Assembly: GCA_024679065.1 (NCBI GenBank) | Contig: JAGIQG010000016.1 | Span: forward strand, 53,320,001-53,384,000 | Length of the DNA stretch: 64,000 nucleotides | Direction of reading: 5' to 3' | Origin: Sphyrna mokarran | Taxonomy: Eukaryota | Part shown: positions 26,275-39,631 of the stretch, piece after piece | How positions within the stretch are numbered: the stretch's first letter is position 1 | How the letters are laid out: each line of letters starts with the position of its first letter | The notes under the pieces: model-generated | Seen by the model: only the letters and a program-made list of their open reading frames with translations | The model's database searches: none | What the model was told of the DNA's origin: nothing | Translations under genes and position numbers: made by a program

Positions 26275-27200
26275 TGTGCCTGTCTCACAGTCTGTTTTAA
26301 TCTTTATACAGTTGACAGAATTATGAGTAGACTTCTTGTAAATGCAATATTTATTTACACACACAATTAGTAGTCATCCAATTAACAATAAGTCATTTTA
26401 CAGAAATACAAAAGTTCAAGTCCAATAGTAGGCCTTGACTTAATTTTTTGTGTGACTGGCAAGTACCCAGGCAGACGTTGGCCTTTATCTGTGTGTTGGT
26501 CTCCATAGTCCTCTGCACAGTCTGGTCCTTTGGCCTGGCCTGGCCTGGTCTGATGCTCTGGTCTTCCTTCCTTCTTGGGTGTCCTCATGCTGGTGATGGC
26601 CACCATTCTTGTTGCTTGTTTGTGGGGTCATAGAGAGAGTGTCCTCTATTGCGTGGCACCTTTTACATCCTGTTGGTTTTCGTGCCCTTTTTGGCCATTG
26701 CCAATCAATTGGTCAGGACTAGATCATCTGACTGATAAAGTTCAATTGGCTGTTGTCACACTAATCTCTGGGTATGGCTCCAACAGCCATGTCTGTAGGT
26801 GTTGGGGACACATAGATCACATACTTCCCTCCTGAATAAGGGGTTAAGGTATCTCTATGTCAGGTAAAAATCCAGTTTGACCAGAAAGTTTCGTTTGTTC
26901 TGTGTATTCTAACTCCTGAGCTGCAGCCTGTCTTTCTTTGACCAATTTCTGTTGAGGCTGCAGCCTGTTATGTTCTAACGCTTGTCCAATTATCCCAGCA
27001 TGCTCTTGGAAACTATCCTCTTAGGTGGCCCGTTTGGCCACATCAGGCAAGAATCAATCTGTTTCTGCAAAATTATTGATCACAAGCTGCATTCGTCATA
27101 CATTTTGTAAGAAGCACCATAATGGCTCTTTATAGACAGCAGGCGCACAAGTATTGACAAAACAACCTCAGATTCTGGCTCATTAAACTGAAAACTTCAT
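26275..27200 (-). mobile_element. Possible solo-LTR-like element
   Basis: Non-SINE segment with an order resembling an antisense LTR (polyA-like signal near 26350, TATA-like near 26660, CCAAT boxes near 26700); termini not resolved. Confidence 0.25.
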
Positions 27201-27651
27201 TTTCTCTTTATTTTCGAACACATTTGTAACGATAGATTAATTTTACCCTGTGTCAATTTTAAAATGATGAACACATAAATTGATGTGGAGGGTAGGCAAA
27301 AATGATTTTAAATGGGATTTATTTGGGGGAAATGAATCAACTGGCTAAAAAAAACACTCTGGAAATGATTTTTATGCTGCACACACATTGGGTGCCCAGT
27401 GCCTGCAGGAGTTTACCTACAATTCATACAACTTTTATAGTTGCGATCAATGAGCTACCAATGTGAAACACATCAGGAACTTAGTGATTAAGAGGTGAGA
27501 AATAAAGCAGTGTGGATACATCTCTCTAATCTTCGGCAACTTTTTTTTAAAAAAAGGAGCTTTTCTTTTAGCAACTATAGAGATTAACAAAGTTATACAA
27601 CAGCAGCACTAATTATAGAAATGCCCCAAATTTCTCTGCTGTCTATCATTA

Positions 27652-27726
27652 CATCACCAATGAAGGGGCAATGCTCCGAAAGATCATGCTACCAAATAAA
27701 CCTGGTGTTGTGAGACTACTTACTGT
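27652..27726 (+). mobile_element. Penelope-like element terminal remnant with degenerate minimal hammerhead
   Basis: CCAATGAAGGGGCAATGCTCCGAAAG: core variant of CTGATGA, stem GGGGC/GCTCC, then GAAA; followed by AATAAACCTG. Confidence 0.55.
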
Positions 27727-27939
27727 ATCATTATGAAGGATCTCTGCTTCACATATAATCGACTAGCACAAGGTTGATTGGGCATGAAGGGAGGTAGCAC
27801 AAAATATGAATGCCCATCAACAATGTCCCCAAGTATTGGCTGTGGTGCATAAAGAACTTTAAAGATCTGACCGAATGTGTCAAGATAAGATTCCTCTTTG
27901 CAACTCTCTTAAATTCTGTATAGTTTTGAAGGATGCCTC

Positions 27940-29160
27940 AGGGATAAGTGACCGTAGTATGACAGAATTCTTTAGCAAGATGGAGAGTGGCATTGTTGAC
28001 TTTGAGACTAGGGTCCTGAGTCTTCCTAAAGGAAACTGATGGTATGAGTTGGCTGAACAACTAAATATATACTTTGGTTCTGTCTTCACAAAGGAGGATA
28101 CAAATAACATAGCAAAATGTTGGAGAACACAAAATTTAGTGAGAGGGAGGAACTGAAGGCATTCAGTATTAGCAGAGACATTGTATTAGGGAAATTGATG
28201 AGATTGAAGACTGATAAATCCTCAAGTCTGTTAATCAACATCCCAGAGTACTTAAGGAAGTAGGCCCAGGAATATTGAATACTTTGTGGTCATCTTCCAA
28301 GATTCTATAGATTCTGGAACAGTTCTTAATGATTGAAAGGTAGCTAATATAACCCCACTAATTAAAAAAAGAGAGGTAGAGAGAAAGCAAGGAATTCCAG
28401 ACCAGTCAGCCTAACATCAGTAGTGGGAAAAATTCTAGAATCCATTATCAAAGATTTTATAGCAGAGGACATGGAAAATAGTGGTAGAATCACACAGAGT
28501 GAGTAGGTATTTAAGAAAGGGAAATCATACTTGTTAAATGTATTGGAATTCTTTGACGATATAACTAGTAGACTTGATCGGGGGAACCAGTGGACGTGGC
28601 TTATTTGGACTTTCAGGAGGCTTTTGAATAGCCTGTAAAATTAAAACGCATGGGATTAGTGGTATTGAGATAGATAGAAAATTGGTTGGCAGACAGGGAA
28701 CAAAGAGTAGGAATAAACGGGACTGGTGTATGAGGAGAGATTGAGTTTGTTAGGGTTAAATTCACTGGAGTTCAAAAGAAGAAGGGAGAATCTCATAGAA
28801 ACCTAAACTTCTAATAGGCATAGACAGGATAAATGCATAAAGGATATTCCTGATGGTGAGAGAGTCTAGAATTAGGGATCGTGGCATAAGGATATGGGAT
28901 AAACTTCTTAAGACTGAGATGAGGAGAAATTTCTTCACCCAGGAAGTGTTCCGCCTGTGGAATTTGCTACCACTGAAAACAGTTGAGGACAAAACTGTTT
29001 TCAAGAAGGAGTTAGATATAACTCTTGCTGCAAAGGGATCAAGGTTTTTGGCAGGAAGGTTGGATTAGGTTATTGAGTTGGATGATCAGCCATGAGCACA
29101 ATGAATGAATGACAGAGCAGTTTTGAAAGATCTCCTCCTATTCCTATTTTCTATGCTTAT
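27940..29160 (+). mobile_element. Internally deleted CR1 LINE (endonuclease end, RT start, 3' end)
   Basis: YFGSVFTKED, RPVSLTSVVGKILESII, VAYLDFQEAF, then a jump to YEERL..LG and the C-terminal ORF 28853-29068. Confidence 0.85.
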
Positions 29161-29399
29161 ACATTTCTCAGTGCTTTCAATTCTACCATCCCCACAATCT
29201 AACCTTAAAGGAGTGGGAATCAAACACTGCATTTCTTTCCTGCTTGCACACACACCATCCACACCTGCTGCTGCCCTCACACAGCTTCCTTCCATTGGTC
29301 CCACCTCATGTGAATACTATGCTAAGTTGACTTATACACAGTGAAAGTGTTCTCACAGGGCACAAGAGAGGGGGCTGGAAAATCCCACTGTAATGACTC

Positions 29400-30130
29400 C
29401 AACGAGGCCATTGAGGTTGCCCTCTTGGAATATGAACTCCCTGATTGAGCTCATACCTTAGCGGGCCCTATTACTGCTGGGTGGTGGAGGTCCCCAGTGG
29501 AGGTCCTTCTACGGAGGGGTCCTCCCCCACTACCTTGGGGACCTGGAGTAGAGGGTGGTGCATATAGCAGTACTGTATGACTGTAGCTTCCTCCAGTTCA
29601 CGGGGTTCCAAGTGTGCCCTTTTTGCAACTTGGTGGAGTCTGTGGACCATGTCTACATTCTATGTTATAGGCTGCACAACCGTTTCAGTTTCCTCATAAA
29701 CCTTTTGTTGATATTTTGTCTGCACTTCAGCCCCACGCTCCTGATCTATGGGTATCCAGTGCAGAGGGGGCGGGTTGGAAGGAGGACTCCTCAGGAACCT
29801 GCTCCTGGGCCTGGCAAGGCATACCAGGCAGCAAGCAACCAAGGGGGTCATTCAACCTGACTGTTTGCACCTTTACTGCGGCTACATTCAGGAGAGATCA
29901 TGCAATGTCTGAAGACACTGTTAATGCCTTCCATGCCTGCTGGGCACCACAGGAATGGGTATGCATTATTGACCCCTTTAATCACATTTTAATTTGAAGT
30001 TTTAAGTTTCCTTTCTGCTTTGTCTTTTGTTTCAGCCAGTTCCCTGCGCCCCCACCCCCTTTTGGGAGCTGTCTCTTTTAATTTATCCCTGAGTTAATTT
30101 GAGTTAATTTAATTGGTTGGACCATAAAAG
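29400..30130 (+). mobile_element. Tx1/L1-clade LINE ORF2 C-terminus (zinc finger) and 3' UTR
   Basis: PQWRSFYGGV...GDL, CPFCNLVESVDHVYILC (CX2C..H..C), LHFSPTLLIYG. Confidence 0.75.
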
Positions 30131-31482
30131 AGGTCCCCGATTGAACTCATTATTTCTTGCCCAAATAGGGAGTATTTTCTGCGTATACAACTGCGAGTGT
30201 CAGTGCGCCTGGCACTCCGGATGCTGACACAGAACATGTCGTACTCTGTGAATTATAATAGAACTTGTAAATAAAAAGGGAACTTTCTGAGGGGACACTG
30301 GTAATGTTTCTGCTGCCTTATTTCGCCCATCACTAGACTTGTGGGAATCCTGCAATCTGTGCAAATTCCAGAACTCTATTCTGCAACTTATTGATACCCA
30401 CAATAAAAGTGAGGCAAGTCTGGACTGCAAAATGACTGATGTCATTACCCCCTGTGGTAAATGATTGAAGGAGCAAGCAATTCTGTGCTGAATCTTCCAG
30501 CTGGTCATTAGTTCTGTTAAACCTTGCCTGGAGAAGTGTAGCCTTCGTATGCACTATTACAGAGAATATGGCAGATATCTTATTGTAGGCCTCTAATATC
30601 TATTAGGAGGGCAGGAATTCTTGCACACCTCTTCAATTTTAGTTAGCTGGAGCTCTGACAGCTTCATTCTCTTCCTTTTCCTCTTGCCAGAGTGGGATTT
30701 CTAGAAACATCTCCTTGATGAAATTCTGGAGCCTTTCAGCAGCCCAAAATATTTTTGCTCCAAAATATTTTTGCCCCAAAAACAATCATCTTGGATAAGA
30801 AAGAAATGCCATAAGCTTAAGGTGAAAATGCTTCCAATTGGTGGTAATCCATTTTAACTGAGAGTGTGAAGGATCTGTTTAAATATTAAGGGAAATGGCT
30901 GGCATCCCATTGATATGTAGGATTAGAAGGCATGATGGCAATGGGTGACTTGATCCAGACTTTCATATAAATATGAACCTCCTGTCCATTTCTGTCTCCA
31001 TCTGTCCATCAACCTCCTTGACCATCCGAATAACGATCAGGGCAAATGTCATACGCAACAACTCTACTGCTTGATTTTGGGCTTGCTCCTTCCTCCTTTA
31101 TTAAGCACAATCCTGGTGGTAGCTACATTGAAATCCTAAATGAAATATAGCTCAGTTTAATTGCTCCTGCAATAATTAATTAGCATTACCCCAGTAAATC
31201 AGTATTAAAAGACATCAGCTCACGGATGAGGAAGTCAGTGAAATCACTTACAAAATGTTACCTCATCCTATGGAATGTGTTAAAATGAGACCTTTAAATC
31301 TTACAATACTAAGCAAATCGTCATTGCAAGAAGTAACAAAATAAATGCTGGAGAGACACAACCTCTGTAAAGAGGAGAAAGGCAGAGTGATGCTTCAAAT
31401 GTGGGCTCTTTAAGTTTACTGAATCATCGTTTTTAGCCTTGTATATGATTTTGGTGCTGTGAGATGACTATGAAGAGAAGAC

Positions 31483-31755
31483 GTGACACAGTGATTAGCA
31501 CTGCTGCCTCACAGCACCAACGACCTGGGTTTGAATCTTGGCTTGGGTCACTGTCCATGTGGCGTTTGCACTTTCTCCTCGTGTCTGCGTGGGTTTCCTC
31601 TGGGTGCTCCAGTTTCCTCCCACATTCAGAAAGATGTGCTAGTTAGATGAATTAACCCAAATAGACACCAGAATGTGGAAACTAGGGGAATTTCACAACA
31701 ACTTCATTCCAGTATTAATGTAAACCTTACTTGTGACTAATAAATAAACTTTAAA
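31483..31755 (+). mobile_element. HE1-like SINE, tail B
   Basis: Head, V-core, tail TTACTTGTGACTAATAAATAAACTTT. Confidence 0.88.
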
Positions 31756-33189
31756 ACTTTAGCTCGATGTGAGTTTGATCCTTTGGAAAGCTTTTATATT
31801 AAAGCAAGTCACTCCTTAAATGCAAGCTCTGTGTCAGCGAGTAAAATGAAAGCTCCCAGGAATTGGGATTTGCTTGTCAGTACTTTATCCTGATTTTTGT
31901 CGTATCACCCAATATTCTGATATTATGCCAAAGTTAAAATTTGAGAATTTATTTATTCTGGTTAGGCATGGGAGTGCATAAACCCAGTGAACAGAAATGC
32001 TAAAATCAGTCTTGGAAGAAATGTTGCTCAGAGAAATGGTCTTAAGCCTAAATAAAAGGGATTGACCTCCTTCATCTGAAGGATGCAAGTTAAATTGCCT
32101 GTGTCGGTTCAATAAACAATTTATGCCAAGAGTCTTGTTTTCATTGAACTCCTTCATAGTTAATCAGTATTACGGACAAACAAGGAAAAAGAGAATAAAA
32201 GTGCAACGCGCAGAATAGTCCTTATTTAAATGAATAATATTAGATAAAAGAAAATTTCCCTCGTTGCTTTTCTAATGTATTCAGCTGGTAATGGAGACAG
32301 AAGTGATAGACACTGATAAGTAGAAGATGTTCTTACATTATCATTTTTCACTGATTATTTTGCGATGGGAACTGAACTCCAATTTCACTACTTATCAATA
32401 GATTTTATTATTTTGAAGAAATGAACTCCTTCTATTGTGATACAATTGTCGAGCCACTTCAATCCATCATCACAGACTGATAATATTGTAGAGAGACAGT
32501 TAGTAGTGAGATACAGTGGTAATCAGAGGCAGTATATTAATCAGTTATGCTGTTTTAAGATATCTTATTGCCAGCAAAGGCAACCAGCCAGAAGAAAAAC
32601 ATATCTCTGCTGACAGGTTCTATTCTTTTGATGCTGCTGGAATGGGAATAATTCCTGGCCTCTCAAGGTAGGACGTCAACTGATTCCAGGCCACCCCCAG
32701 TGAGTGGGACCTGATTCATGACCTGTCATGGTCAGACAGGAACATTTCTCAGTTTCTCTTGGTGGGATGGGATCTTTCTATTCCTGTCTCCCTGCTCAGG
32801 TTGTTTGCCTGTGGCTCTCCCAGCATAGCTCCGGCTGGAGCTGGGCTTGAGGGCGTCTGCAAACAGTTGGTAAAGGTGCCAGGTTTCCGGACTCAGCAGC
32901 GATCCCAAATTCCAGGCTCGGCACTCATACCTCACAATGTCTGCGGCAAGTTGCTGGGCTGAGACAGAGGCCAAGACTTGAGCAATTCCCTGTTAAAGCC
33001 AAGTGAACTGACAACAACCTCTGTTTCTGACAGAACTAGTGTTAAGGGTCAATAAGCTCACATCTGCACTCAATGGTGACCCCAAAGCTCTGGCCATTTA
33101 TTTTGGGATTTTTTTTAAAGCTGATGAAAAGATGCCTTAAGTTTATTAGTTTATTTATTAGTGTCACAACTAGGCTTCCATTAACAGTT

Positions 33190-33888
33190 GGCAAAGCAAT
33201 GGTGCAGTGATATTATCGCTAGACTATTAATCCATTAACTCAGCTAATGTTCTGGGGACCTGGGTTCGAATTCCAGAATGGCAGATGGTGGAATTTGAAT
33301 TCAATTTAAAAAAAGTCTGCCTTAAAAATCTACCGATGACCATGAAACTGCTGCCACAGCAAAGCAGCCAGCATAATTAAGGACTCCATGCACCCAGGAT
33401 ATTCTCTCTTCCACCCTTTTCTTTTGTGAAAAAGATACAAAAGTCTAAGTCACATATCAACCGACTTAAGAACTGCTTCTTCCCTGCGGCTATCAGACTT
33501 CTGAATGGATTTACCTTTGTATTAAGTTGATCTTTCTCTGCACCCTACCTATGACTAACACTACATCCTTCACTCCCTCCTTTTCCTCTGTGATCGGTAT
33601 GCTTTGTCTGTATAGTGCGCAAGAGACAATACTTTTCACTGTATGTTAATACATATAACAATAATAAATCAAATTAAATCATTGTCAATTGTCATAAAAA
33701 CCCATCTGGTTCATTAATGTCCTGTAGGGAAGGAAATCTGCTATCTGTACCTGATCTGGTCTACAAGTTAGTCCAGAACTACAGCAATGTGGTTGACTCT
33801 CAATTGCCCTCTGAACAAAGGCAACTAGGGATGGGTGGTAAATGATGGCCAGCCAGTGATAGCCATGTCCCATGAATGAATTTTTAAA
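33190..33888 (+). mobile_element. SINE family 2 split by a Rex1-like LINE tail
   Basis: Head 33190-33348 with GGTTCGAATTCC, remainder 33680-33888; colinear with 17345-17683. Confidence 0.8.
33349..33680 (+). mobile_element. Rex1/Babar-like LINE 3' end
   Basis: KAASIIKD.MHPGYSLFH...RLKNCFFPAAIRLLN; tail AATAATAAATCAAATTAAATC. Confidence 0.75.
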
Positions 33889-34825
33889 AAATGAAGTTTT
33901 CCTGAAAAATCCCCTAGTCATCCCACTCTGGCGCCTTTTGGGATACAATGAGAAACAATTCACATGGTCAATGCATCTAACCAGCACGTCTTTCAGACAA
34001 TGGGAGGAAACCAGAGCACTCACAGGATGCCACATGAACAGGGAGAACAAGTAGATTCTGCACAGACAATGACCCAAGCTGGGAATCAAACCTTAAAGTG
34101 GCACCTTAACAACAGCATGAAACTCCTTCCACATTGCAGGGCTCCCTATTAGCCTTCAGTTTCGACAGCCCATCCATCATCTTTAATTAATGAGGGACCC
34201 ATATGGCCACTAATTGGCCAATCAAATCACTGCTAGGTGACTGCCTCCTACATCGTGCAGAATCAGAATGCAAACCCAACATCAGGATTGTGAGGCAATA
34301 AACAAATACCTGCTCCAATATTGTAGAGTTTTATAAACATTAAATAAACTTTAAGAGTTTCTGTATTGGTCAGTTTCATTCTTTTATGAGCTATGATACC
34401 TTTGTATTACATAGGCCATCTGTCTCTCTCAGTGTGTGTTGGGCTTTATTAGCTGGATATCTAGTGAGTTTTCAACAGTGTATAAATTAATATTAATTCA
34501 CACAATGTCAAGATTTTTTGTGTTTTTGTCCATCTAATTAAATAAGTGAGAGGTTCATGTCAAACCATAAAAAGATTTGGAAAAAGTAGCCATTCATCAA
34601 ACCTAAAATATAGGAAGTTGATTGGAAATCATTGTTAATACATCACAGAGTCATAAAATACAAGACAGAAAATGTAAATGCTCATAGTTTTGGACACTTC
34701 TACCACATTTCCTCTTAACCTTCTCTGTTCAACTCCCAGCCTCTCCAGTCTCTTCAATAACTGAAGTCTCTTAAACCTGATACCAAAGTTAAGCTGTCCC
34801 TTTCAAAGATTTTTGTATGTATACT

Positions 34826-35312
34826 GGCACAGTGGCATGGTTAGATTGGTTAGGTGTGATTGCACTTGGTCAATGCACCTAACAGCTACATTGACCCGAA
34901 CAGGTGCTGGAATGTGGTGATTAGAGAAATTTCACAGTAACTTCATTGCAGTGCTAATGTAGTGTAATGTAAGCCTTACCTGTGACTAATAAATAAACTT
35001 CAAACTTTAAAGTTCTTAAACTTAAACACTGCTGCCTCAACAGTGTCAGGGATTGGAGTTCGATTCTGGCCACTGTCTGTGTGGAGTCTGCATGTTCTCT
35101 CTGTGTGTATTTTCTCTGGGTGCTTTAATTTCCTCCCACAGTCCAAAGATATGCAGCTTAGATGGATTGGCCATGCTAAATTAAGCCTTATTGTTAGGGG
35201 GAATAGCAGAATGAATGCATAGGATTGAGGAGTTAGGGTTTGGGTGGGATTGTTGTCAGTGCAGGCGCAATAGGCCAAATGGCCTCCTTCTGCACTGTAG
35301 AAATCTATGACT
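34826..35312 (+). mobile_element. Adjacent HE1-like copies (partial tail B, then tail A)
   Basis: Tail B ends near 35000; second copy at 35026-35312. Confidence 0.8.
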
Positions 35313-35319
35313 CACCGCC

Positions 35320-36250
35320 AGGTCTCTATTCCTGCAGCTCCTTTAACACTGCATGGTTTAGTTCATATTGCACCTCTTGAATTTTCCTATCAAAATGTAT
35401 CACTTCACACATCTCTGCATTTAAATTTAAATCTGTCACGTGTTTGTCCATTTTACTGTCTGTTAAAATTCTCCTGATGTCTGTTACTATTCCCATCATT
35501 AATTGCTGCATTTCAAGTTCACGCAATCTATGAACTTTGAAATTATGCCTTTTATGCTCAATCCAAGTCATTAATATATGTCAAAAAGGGAGATGTCCGA
35601 ATACTAACCCTTGGGAAACAGCATTGTTTTTCAGACTGGAGGAAAGTTTACAATCGTTCACCTCCATTCTCTCCTTGCAGTCCCTGAGCCAATTTTGTCT
35701 CCATTAATCCCATGAGCTTCAATTTTTGGTAACAGCTCATCTGTCTTATTGTGTGGCTTGGTGTCAAATGCTTTTGATTACAATGCCTGAGAGGCATCTT
35801 GGGACTTCTTACTACATTAATTGTGCTATATAAATGCAAGTTGCTGTTGTTGATGTAGTGGTCTCAGCCATAGATTTCATTTGTGGGAAGCTACCCCGTG
35901 CTCTAATCACCATGTGTATGGAGAAAATGTCAAATTCTCCCTGGTGGTAAAATGGAAATAATTTTTCACTATTTTCCATAATTTTAAAAGCCTTTATTAG
36001 AGGCTGGCTGCTCCTTAACCTTCTTGATTGCAGTGGAACCAAATTTTCAAGCTTTTCTTCATAATTATGTCCTCTTGTCCTGGAATCATTTTACTGATTC
36101 TTCACTGTACAACTACCACAGTTCAAATATTCTTTGTATAACAAGGTGCCCAGTACTGTAATATTCCAACGATGGCCAAATCGGAATCTTAATAAAAAAT
36201 CTATATCGTTTTCTCGCTTGTACATTTAATTCCTCAATCTATAGAACCTA
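35320..36250 (-). mobile_element. Old CR1 ORF2 fragments
   Basis: ORF 35326-35571 contains LNAEMCEVIHFDRK (CR1 FN..KCEVMHFG motif); further decayed pieces to about 36250. Confidence 0.55.
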
Positions 36251-36289
36251 GAATCTCAGTGCAATTCTTCATCTCTCTCTTTCTACAAT

Positions 36290-36476
36290 CTCTGTGAACA
36301 CCTCTATCCTTCTCAACAATTCTAAAGATGTGCTGTTTAGGTGCATTGGCCATGCTAAATTCTCCATCAATGTATGGGGACAGGTGTCGGAGTGCGATGA
36401 CTAGGGGATTCTTAAAGTAACTTAATTGCAGTGTTAATGTAAGCTTTCTTGTGACTCTAATAAATAAAATTAAACT
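36290..36476 (+). mobile_element. HE1-like SINE 3' part, tail B
   Basis: AAAGATGTGCTG...GGCCATGCTAAATT...TAATAAATAAAATT. Confidence 0.8.
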
Positions 36477-36874
36477 TTCTTCCCTTTCATAGCATCCTTT
36501 AGTGCATCATAACAAGGACATACTTTAATATTTCACTTTTTAATTTCATGTACACCTCTCCCTATGCTATTTTATCCTCTTATACCTGAGCATTTAAAAG
36601 ACAGAAACTCTGTCCAGAGCTGCCTCTTTGTTTCACATTCCACATGTCTGGCTTCCCACTGATTACCTCCCACCCTGACCAGCACTCAAGTCAAGCACTA
36701 TATCCCCTAGCTCTGCACACATTTACCTTCTTGTTCAAGGACTATTCACTAACTCTATCCAGACTTTACATGGAACAAAGCAGCACACAATTCCAGGGAG
36801 AGATCCAAGGCAGGAAGGGTATCTCATAACATGGCTCACCTCCAAATGGAGCAAGAAGCCCTGGAAATTAATAG

Positions 36875-37205
36875 AAACATAGAATCCTTACAGTGCATAA
36901 AGAGGCCATCCAGCCCATCAAACCTGCACCAACTCTCTGAAAGAGCATCCCACCCAGGCCCTCCTGTCTGCCCAATTCCTGTAAACCTATGCATTTACCA
37001 ATCCATCTAATCTACACATTTTTGCATATTAAGGGGCAATTTTGCACAGCCAATCCATCTAAGCTGCACATCTTTGGACTGCTGGGGGGAAAAGGAGCAG
37101 CCGGAAGAAACACACACAGACACAGATAGGACTTACAAACACCACACACACAACTCACCCAAGACTGAAATCGAACCTGGGTCCCTGGCATCAACTGCTA
37201 ACACT
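36875..37205 (-). mobile_element. HE1-like SINE, tail A
   Basis: CATAGAATCC tail to ATCGAACCTGGGTCCCTGG B-box. Confidence 0.87.
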
Positions 37206-38777
37206 CTGAGCTCTGTGGTTCTCCGCAGCAGCTGGACTCTGCAGAAGATGATGCCTCAGAGGACAATCCTCTGGAGGATTGCATCATCACGTGTTTCACC
37301 CTTCTCGTATCCTGACACTGATATTGGTTTGCCAGCTGCCCACCAGTACGTATCAGGAGCTGGGCTGATGCGCTCTGACAGAAGTTGATGTGTACCAGTT
37401 AGCAGCCAAGCTTTCTCAGACTGAAGCATTAGTCTGAAGCATCTCTGGTTCCATGTGAACAACAGTAGTCTTTCAACAACTTTGCTGAGGGATAGGAAAA
37501 CATCTCATGGGAGTAGCATACTTAATAAATCTTCTCAAGAAAAGTACTGTGGGTTGACACTAGGCTGCAAATATAATTCAAGTCAATTATTGTGTTTGGG
37601 TTTGAGTTTGACATCTTTATCATGTGTTCTGGAAATAGCTTATAAAAGATTTGCTGTCAACATGTTTGCTGAATATTTGCCTGCTGTCTTTCGGAATTCC
37701 AACCTGTGCACAAATGAAGTAATTATTCAAGGTGCGAAATACAATAATGCACAGTTATTGCTGTCCAATGAAAGTTTAATATACAAACAATGTTGGAGGA
37801 ACGACCGCATAATACAACAACAGTTTCATGAAAGCAGGCAAAGTGACTTTGATGTTTTACTGTTACTGCTTCTTCTTCCATTCCTACAGGGTTGCAAAGA
37901 AATCACGTTGCTTCCAATTTCCATGGAAAAATAGCCTCACAGCTTGTATTCATATTCTCAAAGTGGTTACAAAGAAACCACCCTTGTGGTTCAGTGTTTT
38001 TAAATATATTTCTGGAGTTGTTTGTGCTTTCTCGTGTTGCTGTAAGTCAAACACTGCTTGCAGTGGCTGGCTACGCATTATATATCCACAACAAGATTGA
38101 GTACTATTGATTTTCATTTCTCTCTTGAAGCACTTGCAGACTGTGTCTTATTTGCAGCAAATTAGCACATGGCTTCTGAACTGCATTGTGAGTCAATTCC
38201 AGGAAGTATTCTCTCCAGTTGATCTATTACTTAGGAAGTCAGTCTGTTTACTTTAAGTAGAAGTGTAAGATTATATTTATGAGTAGCCAAAATGCCCAAG
38301 TATTTTTCAGGTGATAATTATCCTTATTTCCAGTACTGGCAATAGCACTGGCTTTATCTTCACTACAACCCGTCAAAGAATTCAATAATAACAATATTAA
38401 CAACGAACCATGATGCTACCATTGAACTTTACTAATAACACTTCAGCCTGAATATAATTAATTATTCTCAAGTAGACCTCTTGTGGAATCGTTCATCATA
38501 GTCCAAAAGATGAGATGCAGATTGAAATGCGCACTGTAGTCTCACTGCAAACTAAGGATTCCAGTGGTTTCCTATTGTTGTAGTGCAGCAAATTGACAAG
38601 CAGTTTATCACATGACTGATATAATCACTCACTTTGTTTCCCATTATTAATGATTCAGCAAAACCTGGTGTCAAGAGTACTATGGGGTTGTGAATGGATT
38701 GGAATTAATATTATGGATGGATGCCAATTAAGCTTTAACAGCCAGCATAGCCGAGCAACATCACACTGGGGGAAGCC

Positions 38778-39272
38778 TTTTGATTTGACTTAGTTTGTTA
38801 TTTTCACATGTATTAGCATACAGTGAAAAGTATTGTTTCTTGCACTTATGTGTACGAAGCATACCATATGTAGAGAAGGAAACAAGACAGTGCAGAATGC
38901 AGTGTTACAGTCTTAGCTAGGGTGTAGAGAAAGTTCAACTTAATGAAAGGAAGGTCCATTCAAAAGTCTGTTGGCAGCAGGGAAGAAGCTGTTCTTGAGT
39001 CAGTTGGTATGTGTCCTCAGACTTTTGTATCTTTTTCCTGATGGATGAAGATGGAAGAGAGAATGTCCAGAGTGCGTGGCATCCCTAATTATGCTGACTG
39101 CTTTGCAGATTCAGCAGGAAGTGTAGACAGACTCAACGGGTGAGAGGCTGGTTTGGGTGATGAATTGGACTACATTCATGACCTTTTGTCATTTCCTGCA
39201 GTTTTGGACAGAGCAGAAGCCATACCAAGCTGTGATGCAACCAGAAATAATGCTTTCTATGGTGCACCTTTA
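38778..39272 (-). mobile_element. Rex1/Babar-like LINE 3' end
   Basis: Reverse complement of the family at 33349-33680 and 58195-58850. Confidence 0.8.
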
Positions 39273-39631
39273 CAAGCTGAAGGTTAGACTTCTGCCCCTT
39301 AGTCGATTAAGGTTCTACCCTTGAAAACTACTTCGTAATCTAATGGTCCCACGGCACTTTCCATCCCAGCAACATCAGAATAAAATATTGGGTGCTAGTG
39401 GGACTGCAAGGAAGCCCTGGGATGAAGGGGGCAATGGTAGCAGAAAGAGGCAGGTCCTGGCTTTGGAATTGGGGACCCTAGGATGGGGGCCAAGAAGAGT
39501 GGGGTTGTTAGTTTTGAAAGCCAGGCAAGGGGACACAAAGTGGAGAGGTATTACCTTGGAAGGGTGGATGTTTCTGAGGTGCTCAGGGTAAACACAAAGA
39601 AGGTAACTCCTTTTCTTCCTGCTCTTTCGCA

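Larger units (their letters stand above)
33139..34095 (-). mobile_element. HE1-like SINE, tail B, split by nested insertions
   Basis: Tail start at 33139-33187 resumes at about 33889 (AATGAAG...AAATCCCCTAG). Confidence 0.75.

Noticed and set aside
30743-30778. Short direct duplication CCAAAATATTTTTGC x2 (also GAAATATGTGGCTC x2 at 13220-13260)
   Set aside because: Ordinary slippage duplications; no CRISPR-like repeat-spacer array anywhere in the window.
37455-37934. 159-aa ORF
   Set aside because: Starts at a non-ATG codon, is AT-rich, and has no recognisable domain or convincing splice context; likely a chance ORF.
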